Shown here: positions 1 through 12,400 of the stretch, piece by piece
How the letters are laid out: every line of letters begins with the position of its first letter
Position numbering within the stretch: the stretch's first letter is position 1
NCBI GenBank assembly: GCA_002269645.1
Contig: NIVC01001679.1
Coordinates: 1-64,000, forward strand
Length of the DNA stretch: 64,000 bases
Reading direction: 5' to 3'
Origin: Macrostomum lignano
Taxonomy: Eukaryota
Translations under genes and position numbers: made by a program
Notes under the pieces: generated by a model
Told to the model about the DNA's origin: nothing
What the model saw: the letters and a program-made list of their open reading frames with translations, nothing else
The model's database searches: none

Positions 1-1850
1 GACCGCTTTGCTTGTCTGGCTTCGCAATTTAAAGTCAACCCAACTCGGCGACAAGGCGGTGAACAACTTTGTCAGCGTCGCTTGTTGAAAATTACCGCCC
101 TACTGTGGCACTGCCGTATGGGCGACACTCAATGCGTTCGCTGCCTGTTAAAAAACAGTCGCTATTGTCGACAGTATCTAGTGCTGAGCGATGTCAAGAG
201 CCTGCCTTCTATAAAGTTGGCAGTCGGATCCGCCGAAGACGACTATCTGCGACAGTCGCCACCGTTGCATCTGGCGTTATTGTCGGGTGAACAGGATCTA
301 TTAAGACTGCTGGTGATGTCTAAGTACCGCGGGGCTATTGAGGCTGTTGATCAGCCTCTGTGTAGAGCGCCTCTGCATTTAGCTGCTGGAATGGCCGATT
401 CCAAGGCCTGCTCTACTCTAGTAAGTATAGTTTTACTGATGCGACTTCGAATTTATATGTCTGTTAACACGTTTTTTATGTTTCTGTATTAAAGCCGGTT
501 TGGCTATAGCGTATTTGGATTTAGTGTAGTTAGACCAGCACATTCAGCGCCCCCCTTAGGGGTGTGCTTGCCAATCCAAAACATTAAGTTAGTTTGCTTT
601 GGTTTTCGACTATCGAAGACAGTGGGCATGCACACTTGTAGACAGTAGCTGGGCATTAGAAAGCACGACGTGCATCTTAATGACGTAACAATTTTATATT
701 TTTATAAATCGGTTTCCTGTTTATAGATAAGCCTCGGCGCCAGTCCGTCAATCGTCGACGCCAATAATCGCACTCCGCTTCACATTTTGGCGCTTAGCTC
801 CGCTGCTGTACCTAACAAACTTTCAACAACCGAAGTCTGCGCCACCGCTCGGGTTTTAATTACTGGCCAAACACCATCTGGAAGCAATCAATCAATGAGC
901 GCTAAACTTTTTGTGGATCTTCCAGATGAGTTTGGTTTAACTGCGCTTCATTTAGCAATAATTGGCAGCTTGTCAGATTTGGCCAACTGTCTAATATCAG
1001 AGTTTGGCGCTTCAATCCTAACCCGAGATAAACGAGGTCAAACTCCGTTGCACTGGGCCGCTGTTGCTACGGACAGTAAAAACAAATCAGTGGTTGAAAA
1101 TCTGTTGGAAAATTTTCTTCCACCGTCGGACGATGTGAAATGCAATGATTTATTGACTGCACTCTCTGCTAAGGAGCACACCTGCGGCGCTACACCATTG
1201 CACCTAGCGGCCGGGGCTAATCAGGTCGCTGCGGTTCGCTGTCTTGTTGCTAGGGAGCCAAAATTGACGCCGTTGATAATCGAGGCTTAACGCCGTTTCA
1301 TTGGGCCGTTACTAGGCGCGCTAACGACGTAGTCAAAACTTGGCTGTTGGAAAATTCTTGGCCTGTACCGTTTGATGCAGTTTTAGCTGTAGCCGCTTGT
1401 AATAATATTCCAGCATTAGAACTCTTGATTAAAAATCTCCATGGTCTGCATGAAAGCGAGGCTACCAACTGTTCAACGTTGCTGCAGCCTTCGATGACGC
1501 CAGCTCACGTGGCCGCTGCAGCCGGTTCCGTCAATTCTCTCGCCTGGGCGTTGAGAGCCCGTCCGGATTGGCTGACTATGCCAGACTCCGAACGTGGTTG
1601 GACGCCGCTGCACTGGGCAGCCGCATGCGGTCACGTGACATGTGCCAGTCTGCTTGTAGATCTTGGCGCTCCACACACCGTATTTAACGCTGCTATGAAA
1701 GACGGCTGGACGCCGCTAGACTGCGCATTATTTGCCAAGCAGCAGCGGGCCGTCGATTGGCTGCGAGGTCGCGGGGCGGTCACCTTGGAGGAGCTCCGGC
1801 TTCGCGCTGCGAACCGAATTCAACGCTGGTGGAGACGGTTGCGGACTTAG
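1..1850 (+). CDS. Inversin-like ankyrin-repeat protein with C-terminal IQ motif; 5'-partial; join(<1..420,727..~1255, frameshift, ~1257..1850)
   Basis: Frame open from base 1; donor GTAAGT at 421 and acceptor TTATAG|727 (phase 0). Many ankyrin motifs (PLHLA, TPLHWAA, GWTPLHWAAACGH). The end, TPLDCAL...RGAVTLEELRLRAANRIQRWWRR, matches the last-ankyrin-to-IQ spacing of inversin. One frame change at the GGG run 1253-1255. Confidence 0.75.
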
Positions 1851-1852
1851 TA

Positions 1853-2605
1853 ATCATAGATACGAGAGTCGGGCTTGCGAGACTGAAAATTTTCTGTCTA
1901 TGGTCGACACTCGTTGGCATGGCGGAGTTCAATTTAATCCTGGGGGCATCAATTTGATCATTCTAATCATATAACGTTAGATATCCAGTGCTATAACACA
2001 AGTCGTTTACTTATCATTGAGAAAATCTAAAACAGTACAGTACAATAAACAAATAAAAGCTTTAGCGTCGGATGTCATCAAGTCAGGCTGGAATAAACCT
2101 CAGCATCTGCCGGTATCAGCCTCGCATTTTGCAACTGACCATCAGGCGGAGTGTCCAGCTCTTCTTGCAGTTGTGGTTGAGCCAGCTGGCGTTTGATAGC
2201 TGCCTTCAGGCAGGCGTGCGCGTTTTCCACACGGTTGAGGAATTGCGAGTATGGAGGCAATGTCACCAGGCGCCAAGCGGGCTGAAATTGATCTGGGATT
2301 GTCACTCCATGATGAAAACGGGCGTCATCCATGATCACACAGAGTCCTTGTCATCGGGTACATCACGACTCTTCACGCTTTGCACCAGATCATTGATTAA
2401 CGTCAGGTACCTGACTGTCTCTCCGAAGATCATATGATGAAAAAAACAAGTTAAAAACAGGTTTCGCTAACAGTAAAAATGTGCATTGAAAACATAGAAG
2501 AATCATATTGATGCTCTCAGGATTAGATTGAAATCCGCTATGCCAGCGAGTGTCGACCATCGACAGAGTTTTCAGTCTCGCAGGCCTGATTTCCGTATCT
2601 ATGAT
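1853..2605 (-). mobile_element. Internally deleted Tc1/IS630-like DNA transposon
   Basis: ~115-bp imperfect TIRs (ATCATAGATACG... at 1853 and ...CGTATCTATGAT ending 2605) flanked by TA (1851-52, 2606-07). Minus-strand 2078..2338 encodes IMDDARFH...LPPYSQFLNRVE, the DDE_3 catalytic motifs; it is frameshifted upstream. Confidence 0.85.
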
Positions 2606-3434
2606 TAAATTGAAAGCTTGCAGTACCAACTAGGCCGCAAAAAGGAATAGTTGCTGACAAAGATATTCGCTTGGCTGTTATTCAACCACTAATGACATTT
2701 CTTTGTCAGTGACATCGACTAAATTTAAACCTGTCAGTGACTTTTGTCTGTCTTTAAAATTCGGCTCTCAGTGACCTCAGAGGTATAAACATTAAATTAC
2801 CGAGAGGTAAACATTATGAATGTACTTAAAAAGGCTCAGTCCAGATCGGTGTTACTTCGTATGTTGTCTACATATCTATAGCATTTAACGGAAAGCTTGC
2901 TTATGTGTGCTAAAACAATTCTCTAACTTCCTAAACTTTTATGCTGCGTGTACACAATATCTAAAACATTGCTATAAATTTACATTTAGATAGCTTTATT
3001 TACGAGATCAACTGTTGTCAAAATATAAAAATTTGCCATTGATGTTGATTCACATTTTCATAGAGCTATATTTTCTATTAAGATTGTTATGATGTTTGTC
3101 CTTATTTTGTTCCACTATCCACTTAATTAGGTCCAGATTTGAAGTTAGTATATATAGGTAGATATTCCAAAACAGTGCATTGCTTAGTCTTTATCTCAAG
3201 TGTTCATTAAAGAAGGCACTGCACTGCCCATATACCAGAATCGCAACTGAACCGCTTTAGAAAATGTCACCTAAAGTACTTTGGGAATGGCCTTTCAGGA
3301 ACTTTGAGAAACTTAAGGCACTTAAGGCACCTGAGACTATTATCATAACGTGTATTTCTCTGTTTCATAAATATAATTACTATAATCATTGCATTAATCA
3401 TTTATGATCAATCTCAAGTAACTAATTAAAGAAT

Positions 3435-6400
3435 ATGGTTCCGATTGAAAGGAGGTTTCTTCACGTTCTGCATATTTGGCTGGAAAAGCCTCACGTAGTT
3501 TGTCAGTCGATTTTTGGCGCAAAATATCTCGAGTTGCAATCGTCTCAGACTCAGGAGCCGTTGGTGTATCGCAGACAACTGCTGCACAATTGTCTAGATG
3601 TTGAACCGTTGAATGAACGAATCTGCGTATCCTCAGGCGACCTCTGCGCTGAGTTTTTCAGCAGCGATTCGGAAGAGAGCAAAGAGTCACTTTATCGAAT
3701 CCATGTGAATCAATTGCAATCGGGTTCTTCTGAGCTTCAATAGTAAGGATTTAATTCAGTTTTAAGAATCACCCCAGACAACACACTTCAAGAATCGCCC
3801 GAAAATGTACTTTAGAATTGCCCAGAAAACATTATTTAATTAAGAATCTCCCCAGAAAATGCACTTTAGAAATCGCCCCAGAAAACACGCTTTAAGAATC
3901 GCCCCAGACAACACACTTTAAGAATCGCTCAAAACACGCTTTAAGAATCGCTCCAGAAAACGGACTTTAGGATTCGCCCCCAGAAAATGCACTTTAGGAA
4001 TCGCTTCAGACCACACGCTTTAAAAATCGCTCCAGACAACATGCTTTAAGGAACGCCCCAGAAAACACATTTTAAGAAACACGCAAATCGCTCCTAAATC
4101 TCCTGTGGCTCAAATGTCTTCACAGACAATGCTACTGAGCTGTAGATTTTTATCCTCAAATGCGTTATTACCGTTATTAATTACGCTTTACTACTCACCA
4201 AAATCATTTTTAGTTGCATAACAGTATCGGTCACAAGGCAACCTACGACCCTTGAGCAGAGGTACTACAAACGGGATTGGCTGCAGAGCTGCCTTCAATC
4301 CAAGCTTAACCACTGGCTATCGCAGTGCCGCAATGAGCTAGATTTAGTCAAGACTCCGGCCTCTCTATCTTGCGTAGATTTGGCCGCCTACCAATCAATC
4401 TATTATCGAATGAAAGCTGTCTACGGGCCTAAACTAGTGGCTAACTGGTCGGAGAGGACTAACGCGGAAAAGTTTGTGTACGAAGATATTGGCATCGCCG
4501 CTTATTTGATGGTGAGTCTATCGGGTTTGATTAGTCAGTGCAAAAATTTTCGTAGTCGCAGCCAGATTTTTCAGTAATTATTTTAGTACTTGCTAAACTG
4601 CGCTCAAAAAGCGCTGCTAACTTGTCCGCAACAATCGGCTTATTAATAGCAATCAGCAGTCTGATGGTAAGCGCTGCTTAACGCAGCGACACCCTAATTT
4701 AAGGCTGATCTTTCGCGAAAGAGTCTATGGTTGACCACAAACCTCACAAACCTTGACCACAAAGCTTCAACGTGTTTTTTCGAGAAATTGTAGAAGTCGT
4801 TTTTTGCCCTTTGACTGAAATTCATTTGTTACAGTTCATTCCACAGAATATACACAGAATGGCGAATAGGCAGTTCTCTATGAAAGCGAAAATAAATGCG
4901 CTTGCACTACTAACGTTGTGTAGCTGATAAGTAGTTGCGTTTTTTGAACGCAAAGTTGAATGTAAAAGTTGAGCTCAAGACAGCCTTTGAAAGCCTTGAG
5001 TCGTCGTTTTGACGCTGCAGATGAATGCTGCATTATTCTTGTAATTAATTTGTTCATAACGGTGCGTGCGCAAAGTCATGAGCAGTATTAACAACTGTTG
5101 TAACCTCATTGCCATGTACATGTAAGCTAAAAGACAAACATATAACAGCAGGTTAAGTTTTAGCGCTGCATGCAAGGCAGGAAATGCCAGACGCAACAGA
5201 AATAGCAAATCTCATGCAATCACACTCATCCTCTTGAACTTCCTCGATTGCTCATTGCAAAATGCTCGCCCGCGCTTTCTCTCCTGAGCCGCAATCCTGT
5301 GCCCATTGCACCAATGGTGCAAGCGCAGCTTCGAGAACAGCCTCGCAATGCCCATCACGCATCTCTCTGAGTGCTCAGCGCAATGAGTCGCAATAATTGG
5401 CCTGATGCAATCGGTCAATAATTTGCTGATTCTGTGTGACACACCAGCATGCATGAACTTTGGCACTTCCAGCAATTTTAATTGGCGTTCCATCTCAGTG
5501 ACAGCTCTGATAACTGCTCTGCTTGGGGTGACTAAGCTGTGATCCCGCTTGCACTTCAGTCGCAGGAAGAGTGTCCGAATTGCTTTTCCTTCAGTTCCTG
5601 CTGGAACACCTTACACTTGCACTCGGTTTTAAAGAAGCGGAACAGCAACCAACCGCCGACATATGCGCACTTCTCGTGATCTAAGTCATCCGATGTAGCA
5701 AAGTGCTCATCACCTGCTTCCGTGAGATCTGAGTCACAAGTGTTGCCCTGCAGGTGGACTGGATCTCGAGCTTCTTGGCTCACTGCAACCTTGGATGCTC
5801 GCTGGCTGCTGGAAACCGGTGAAATCTAATGCCCGGCGGACACTTGCCGGCGTAGTTGGGGCATCCGTACGCAGCGCACTGAAGCCTTGAAGCAGACGCA
5901 GTCATGCAAAAACAGTATCACAATAAGCTGCGTATTCAAACTCTATGCCTTCGGTATTAGCACTTTTGAAGCCAGACCTAGCTTCAGGAGCACCAGCTTG
6001 GGCCATAGAGAATGCAACAATACAGCAAAGACAGGCTAGCGCGATCAATAATGCATTTGACCTGCATGCTTTCACGCCACGAGCTCGTGCTTGAACGCCC
6101 AAGGCATGCTGTCACTAACTTACATGTAGAGCGCAGAGGTAGCAGAAGGCAGGGCCAGCCTTAAGGTAGTTTCTAAAAATAGCACAGTTTAGAAGGGGGT
6201 GGGTTGGTTCATCAAGCCTTCCTATATTCTGTGGGACAAACCCGCAATAAATGGCAAAGAATAGGTAAAGTGCCATTCAGCCTACTTAGTTTCTCTTCAC
6301 AACAAGAGTAGCCAGTATAGAATATCATTCTTGTGCAAGAAATTTTCTCAAAATGCGGGATTCGCCATTCTGTGTATATTCTGTGGTTCATTCCACTATG

Positions 6401-9400
6401 GATAATTAAAGAGAGCAGATGGTAGCAGAGCTCGATAACAACCTTCTCAATGAAGGCAGGATGTCTCCTTGCAATTGTTTATCGAAACGGCGCTTCTCCT
6501 CTGGGGTTGAGTGAACACGGAAGTTGTACGCTTAGAAACTCTTTACAGTCTCCGGCATATCTTACCCAGCAACTACAGCTGGTTCGGGGCATCCAACTCA
6601 CTGGATTCGTCCTCTGACATGAAGGCCTCTTTTTCATTGGACGTCATTATGTGAGAAATCGATAGACTGTTTCTTCAAGTAATGATGCCATAGTTTTGAC
6701 TAGTAGATAATTTAATAATGATTTAATTTAGTCGCATAAATCTATATATGTTAGTTTACGAACGCTTTTTCTTTGGCTATGCGTTTTTTGCTGACTGGAA
6801 TAGTCATAGGCTGGGAAAGTCGTCCCTCTTACCATCCGGCCGGAACGGAGATGAACAAGGGTTCAGTTCGGAAGAGGCTTTAAACGAACTTCAGTGGCTG
6901 ACTCGTATATTACTCGCACATCTTGTACGAGTAAATTAAATATAAAACTTTTCTTTCGGAATCGTATTTTAAAAACATAATTTCTAGTTAATGACGCCAA
7001 CAGTTATTGGCACATAGCTACATATACAGCGAGTTATGCGCAAGTATGTGTATCTTAGACACATCGGACTTGACATATTTTTACACAAAACTACATTTTA
7101 CAGTTTACGGTATGGTTTCTCGATAGAAATTTTAGCTAAGTGAATAGAAAGTAAAAATTAGCTAAAATTCAATATGGCTACTGAGTGCAATCAGTAAATC
7201 AAATCGAATACCGTTCAAAAATACGTTCAATTCTCACGGCAAGTGAAAAAGGCGGGACTAGCACAGGAAATTACATAAAGCGGACAAAACTACATGGCAA
7301 CGGGAACAAAACTGGAAGCAGCGACTACATTCGGTGGAAAAAATTAAATGGCCATAAAAATTATTTTTTTAATTCAGTCGAAGGATCTCGACAAACAAAA
7401 AATTTTAAAATATTTTTTTTTAAAATGGTTAAAAATTGAACTAATAAACTAACTTTTTATACAGTTATATACTTTTTAGAGCTGACCTACTAGCTTTGTT
7501 AGTAGTAAAGAGGATGATAATCAGACAGAATTACCTTCACTTTGCTCCCAACTGCAGATATACGCCACAAAGAAGTAACGAGTAATAAAGTACGTAAATG
7601 TTAAAAACTTTTTGAGGCAAAAGATTCACACTATTGTATTCAACTGTATTTGAAAAGAAATAGCAACTTAGCAAAGCAAAGAAAGTAAGCAAATAAGCAA
7701 AAAGTAATACAGTACATAAATGTTTAAAACTTTTTAAGGCAAAATATTTACATAATTTTACTTAACTGTACTTAAAAAGACATAGCTGCTTAGCAAAGCA
7801 AAGAAAGTAAGCAAATAAGCAAAGAAAATAGCAAAGAAATAGCAATAGAGAGCAACAATAAGCCACAGAAAGCCACAATAACGGCATAAAATCTTACTAA
7901 TTCAAATAGTCTATTATTAAACATTCAAAAATTTGTCCAGTCGGTCGGCTAGCGTCATGCCTTTCGCGGAAACGAGCTGCTCGCCCGCAAATCTGTTGTC
8001 AGCAGTGACCTTGAAGCTGTTTTCTTTCATTGTGGCTAGCGATGTTCTGCGGCTCCGTTCTGCGGCTCCGATTCACTGTGGCTCCGTTAATAAGCGGAAC
8101 TTCTTAACCCATCCGCGACTAGCTGTTTTGCCGAAAAATTGAACGTGAAGCGAAGCTCCACGGCGGAAGGACTTTTCCTTTGGAGGAAGACATACCATGG
8201 CGGGCCACCACGAAATAGCGCTATTGCCTTCAGGCCAGAAAGCAAATAATAGCGTACCCGCCATAGTATTCTTACTTGTACTGGAGGCTTCCGGGGCGCG
8301 CCGTTTTGCCGTCGAAACGGCAGCCGGGGTCTTTTTTGTGGTTACTCGCCCGCTCTCTTCTAAGGCTGCAGCTGCGGCCCACCGGATGTCTTCCGCAGCC
8401 TCTTCCGTCGTCCACTGTTTGTCCTCGCCTCTTAATCCCCATTGACGCGTCAATTCACTGGGCCTGGAACGTCCTCAGCCACTGTCTCGTCGCCAGCGAC
8501 GGCCTCGTCGTCGGCAGAAGCAGCAGCAGCCTGCTTGTGCTTAGGCTTTTTTGAAGCCTAAAAATGAGAGTGCGATTACAATCTGTCATATTTGGACGGA
8601 TTTTGCATCCCGGCTTTGCATACACAATAATCACAATATACTAAACCTCTTCCAAGTGACTCTGTGTGACTACGTTAATTACCTATAATTTTCCGTTAGA
8701 CAAAACTACCTTCGATTCGGTCCACACTAAAGATCGAGATATTACACTCTACAATATTACGAGTAGTAAAAGTGACACATGTGACCTTTAACCTAAGCTT
8801 CATTTAACTACTTCAGCAGCGTCTAAGTCTAATCCCAGTGACCAGACTTACTTAAGTGACCAGACTTACTTAAGTGACCTGCCTTATTTAAGTGACCCGC
8901 CTTATATAAGTGACCCGCCTTATTGAAGTGACCAGCCTTATTTAAGTGACCCGCCTTATCTAAGTGACCCGCCTTATCTAAGTGACCAGCCTTATTTAAG
9001 TGACCAGCCTTATTTAAGTGACCAGCCTTACTACAATGAGCAGCTTTATTTAGGTGACCCGCACAATTTGCAACGGAGAATTAATTTAACTCACCCGCTT
9101 GACCGCGCCTTGAACAATAGACCTCACGATTGCGGCGCTGAGTTGGTAGTGGGTCATAGCAACATCTACGCTATGGTAGGGCCGACGACCAAGGGCTTTA
9201 GCCGTGGCGCCTGACATCTCCTTTTTAATAAACTTTATATTCACGGCTATGGGCGAATTTGTAATGCCGCAACATATATGTATTCTTCTCAAAATGGATT
9301 TATGAAAGCAGAACATAGGATCATAAGATATACGAGTAATTTATATGAATTATTTCTAATTGGTCGATCTGAATTGCGTCATTGGCATACATGCAATTGT

Positions 9401-12400
9401 ATTCTAGCATCTCATACAACCTTGACTACATAGATATGATTCGATTTGGCGTAAGTTTTAAAGGGATTTAAAGGGGTTTAAAGGTTTAAAGGGGTTTTAA
9501 AGGGGTAATAGAGTCAAGAAGCACGGAACCAACCATAATGACAAACAATGGATGAGTTGTCACTGAAAAAAGGGTGAGCCATATTTTAATCATTACATAG
9601 CGCCACGCGATCGATTGTTTATAAAATACCACAGTATAAAATCATATCGTCAACTTGCGAAAAATTAGAAGTTCGCACATTCACGTTCAGTGCAGTGCGA
9701 AAGCTTGGCACGGCAGTCTCACTATAGGAGCCCTAAATCATAGCCGAGAATTTCGTCTCTAAACTGAAAATCTCACTATGTATCAATAAATTAAAGTTTT
9801 TCAAACAGCACGGCATCTAGCTCCTTGCTAGAAAGTTTAGTCGGACAATGCGCTAATTATGAGCAATCATCAATCAACAGATTGCATCTATAAAATTAGT
9901 GAAGGAGTAAAAAGTAAAAAGGAAACCGCCAGAATTGCAAGAATTCCATTCCCTCAAATTCATAGCTGAATCCCATGACCCGCGAATCACATCTTCCGAA
10001 TCCTCTACAAATATTTTAAATTTGAACTCATTTTCAAACAAAAGCTGGTCAATAGTTAGGATAGAAGAATTAGAAGAATAGAAGGATAGGATTAAAAAAT
10101 TGTGGTCAATTCATCTAACTGATTCAGCCGCCTATGTTAATCTCGGCAGCTTAGACTCTCCTATACTTAGAACAGAGTCTGGCCTAAGCCTGCTTTTTCA
10201 ATTAAACATACAGGGAAGGTATTGGGGCCGTTATAATAATTTGTTTTGATTGTCCGAAGCACCATTCTTACTGCTTTTAGAGTAAGGAAATCTTCGATAT
10301 TACTTACTCTTGGTTCAACTAGTAGCCTGGAGAGATATTTCATTTGAAATCCTCGAAGCTGTTAGGAATCGGTTCGAGATTTTCGGTCCCTAATATAGGT
10401 AATTTTGTCCGCCGGGGCGACCAGTAATTTTGTCCGTGCCCAAGTAATTGCCTTCTCCTATCATCGGGTCGAGTCTCCCAAAGCACCAAGACGACTCAAA
10501 ACCAGCACTCCCCAGTGACCATGTGCCGTCCCCAATTAGTTTGCTGCCATGCCTGAGCCCTGGGACTCAGAGTCAGAGCCTCAGTTCTGCCGCGAACAAT
10601 GGCAGCGGCCAGCTGCAGCAGCAGCGAGTGGCCTGAGACACCGCAACGGCCTTCGGAAATTTCCGTGGCTAGAGTCTGCAATATTTTTTGCATTCGCTAT
10701 CTTATGCACCACCTGTGCATCTTTTCTTTCTTTTTGCCTTTCTCGTCTAAGAGGTTTCAAACAGCTTCGTTCTAACAGTTGTGATACTGTTTGTTAAGCC
10801 TCTGCAAAACGATTCGTCTTCCACCTAGGCTCTCATAGTGGCCAATCCGCTCTTTGCTTCTGGGTCAGAAAGATCAGGTTTCTCCATTGAAAGGTCTTCG
10901 TCTCAGATTTCGTGCGTTGTTTGCGGTTTACGGTTATAAAAGTTAAAGTTTACAATATCAAAAAGCAGAATTTTCCAAGTGGCAAATGTAGTTCAAGTAA
11001 CTAATAGATCAATAATTAACTAGCTACCTGAGTGAATCGGCACAAAACTTTGAAACTCAAGCATACGAGGGTTTTACAAAAGGTTCTCTGTTGTATTACC
11101 TATTAACTTTAAAGCGATAATCAGCAAAAACACAAAACTTCATACTTTGGCATCTTTTTACTTGAAGTATGCATCCTCAGCCTCCACGCACTTTTGCCAA
11201 CACCACACGATCCCCTCTATGACACCCCTCATGCCAATGGTTGTCACAACCGCGATTCCTGCCTTGTACGTCTCTATTCACCTCCTCCTCCATACTGAAG
11301 TTCCGTCCTTGTATGGACTCCTTGACTCGGTGGAAGAGAAGGAAGTCGCATGGGCTGAGGTCCAAGGAGTCTGGCGGATGTGAAAGACTTTCCCACCCAC
11401 ATGACTTGATGGATGTGCTTTGAAAAAATGCCCTGCGCAACGAAGTCAGCCATAAGTGTTGCAGGAACGTAAAACTAAAGTTATGATGTAGCTTTTTGAA
11501 ACTAGCTTTAAAACCAAGTTGGAGCCTAGTGATTAGAGCGTCAGACTCGCGACTTGAAGGTCTAGGGTTCGATTCCTGATCATAATGGAACAATGTGTCC
11601 TTGAGCAAGACACTTAACTATGCATTGATTCAGTCCACCCAGCTGTAAAATGGGTGCCAGTGTTGTAATCGCGGGCTGCGATCTCGTCTAGCCCGGTCGT
11701 TTTGTTTTCCCCGGGTAGCGGGTTCGGTGCGGGACTGCCCCGGGTGCGCGGCGGAGAGATAGACAGAGGGTGAATGACTGGCGCTCCTCGAGGCGGATGG
11801 CCACTCCGAGGGGAAGAGGGAGAAATGCGACTCGGGAGCGCACAGACACTCCTCGTTCACGGAAGACTCGGGGTACTGTCGCGGTCAGCGGAGCGGATAG
11901 CCACTCAGAGCCGGCCCGGGAGTCACCGAGGTGAATGAGAAAGCGAGGTGAATGTAAGGGATTGGTCGGGGCGTACAGACACTCCGGACCAATCAAGAGC
12001 GTAGGTGAGTAAGGAGGTGAGCAGGTGAAGCGATGAGGCGGCGATAATGGGTAGGAGATTCGTGAAGAGGGTCCCAAAGAAACGCGAACGCAACCGGAAC
12101 ACACGCAAGTTTAGCTCACGGGGAGAGGTCGAATCGACTCATATAGCGCAGTTTATTTAGTCTTGATAACTGGAGTGGCAGCTCGGAGACGGCGGGTGGC
12201 ACGGATTAGCTTGTAATGCAGTGTTCGATGATTCACTGGGCTCGTGCAGTTTATTGTACTTTTACAGTAGTTTTACTACTCAGTAGCTGGTGTAGCCCAA
12301 CACCAACAACACGAGGAGTGGCACCGGCCGGCTCCAAACCGGTTAATAAATAGTATGCAGAAAAATGGGGGAGTGGGCCAAACCGGCCTGAGCGCAAATA

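Noticed and set aside
6400-6940. Coding-looking fragments on the minus strand (YNFRVHSTPEEKRRFDKQL...)
   Set aside because: They are short, interrupted by stops, and have no recognisable domain.
7230-10445. Possible large TIR element enclosing the PWWP pseudogene (CGGACAAAA.TAC near 7280 versus GTAATTTTGTCCG at ~10400-10440)
   Set aside because: Only a short motif matches in inverted orientation; no terminal repeat or TSD could be defined.
11520-11600. Possible tRNA genes at SINE heads (also 16480-16558, 28190-28272, 34330-34409, 43907-43980)
   Set aside because: A/B boxes are present, but the sequences run into multicopy SINE bodies and do not form complete cloverleafs.
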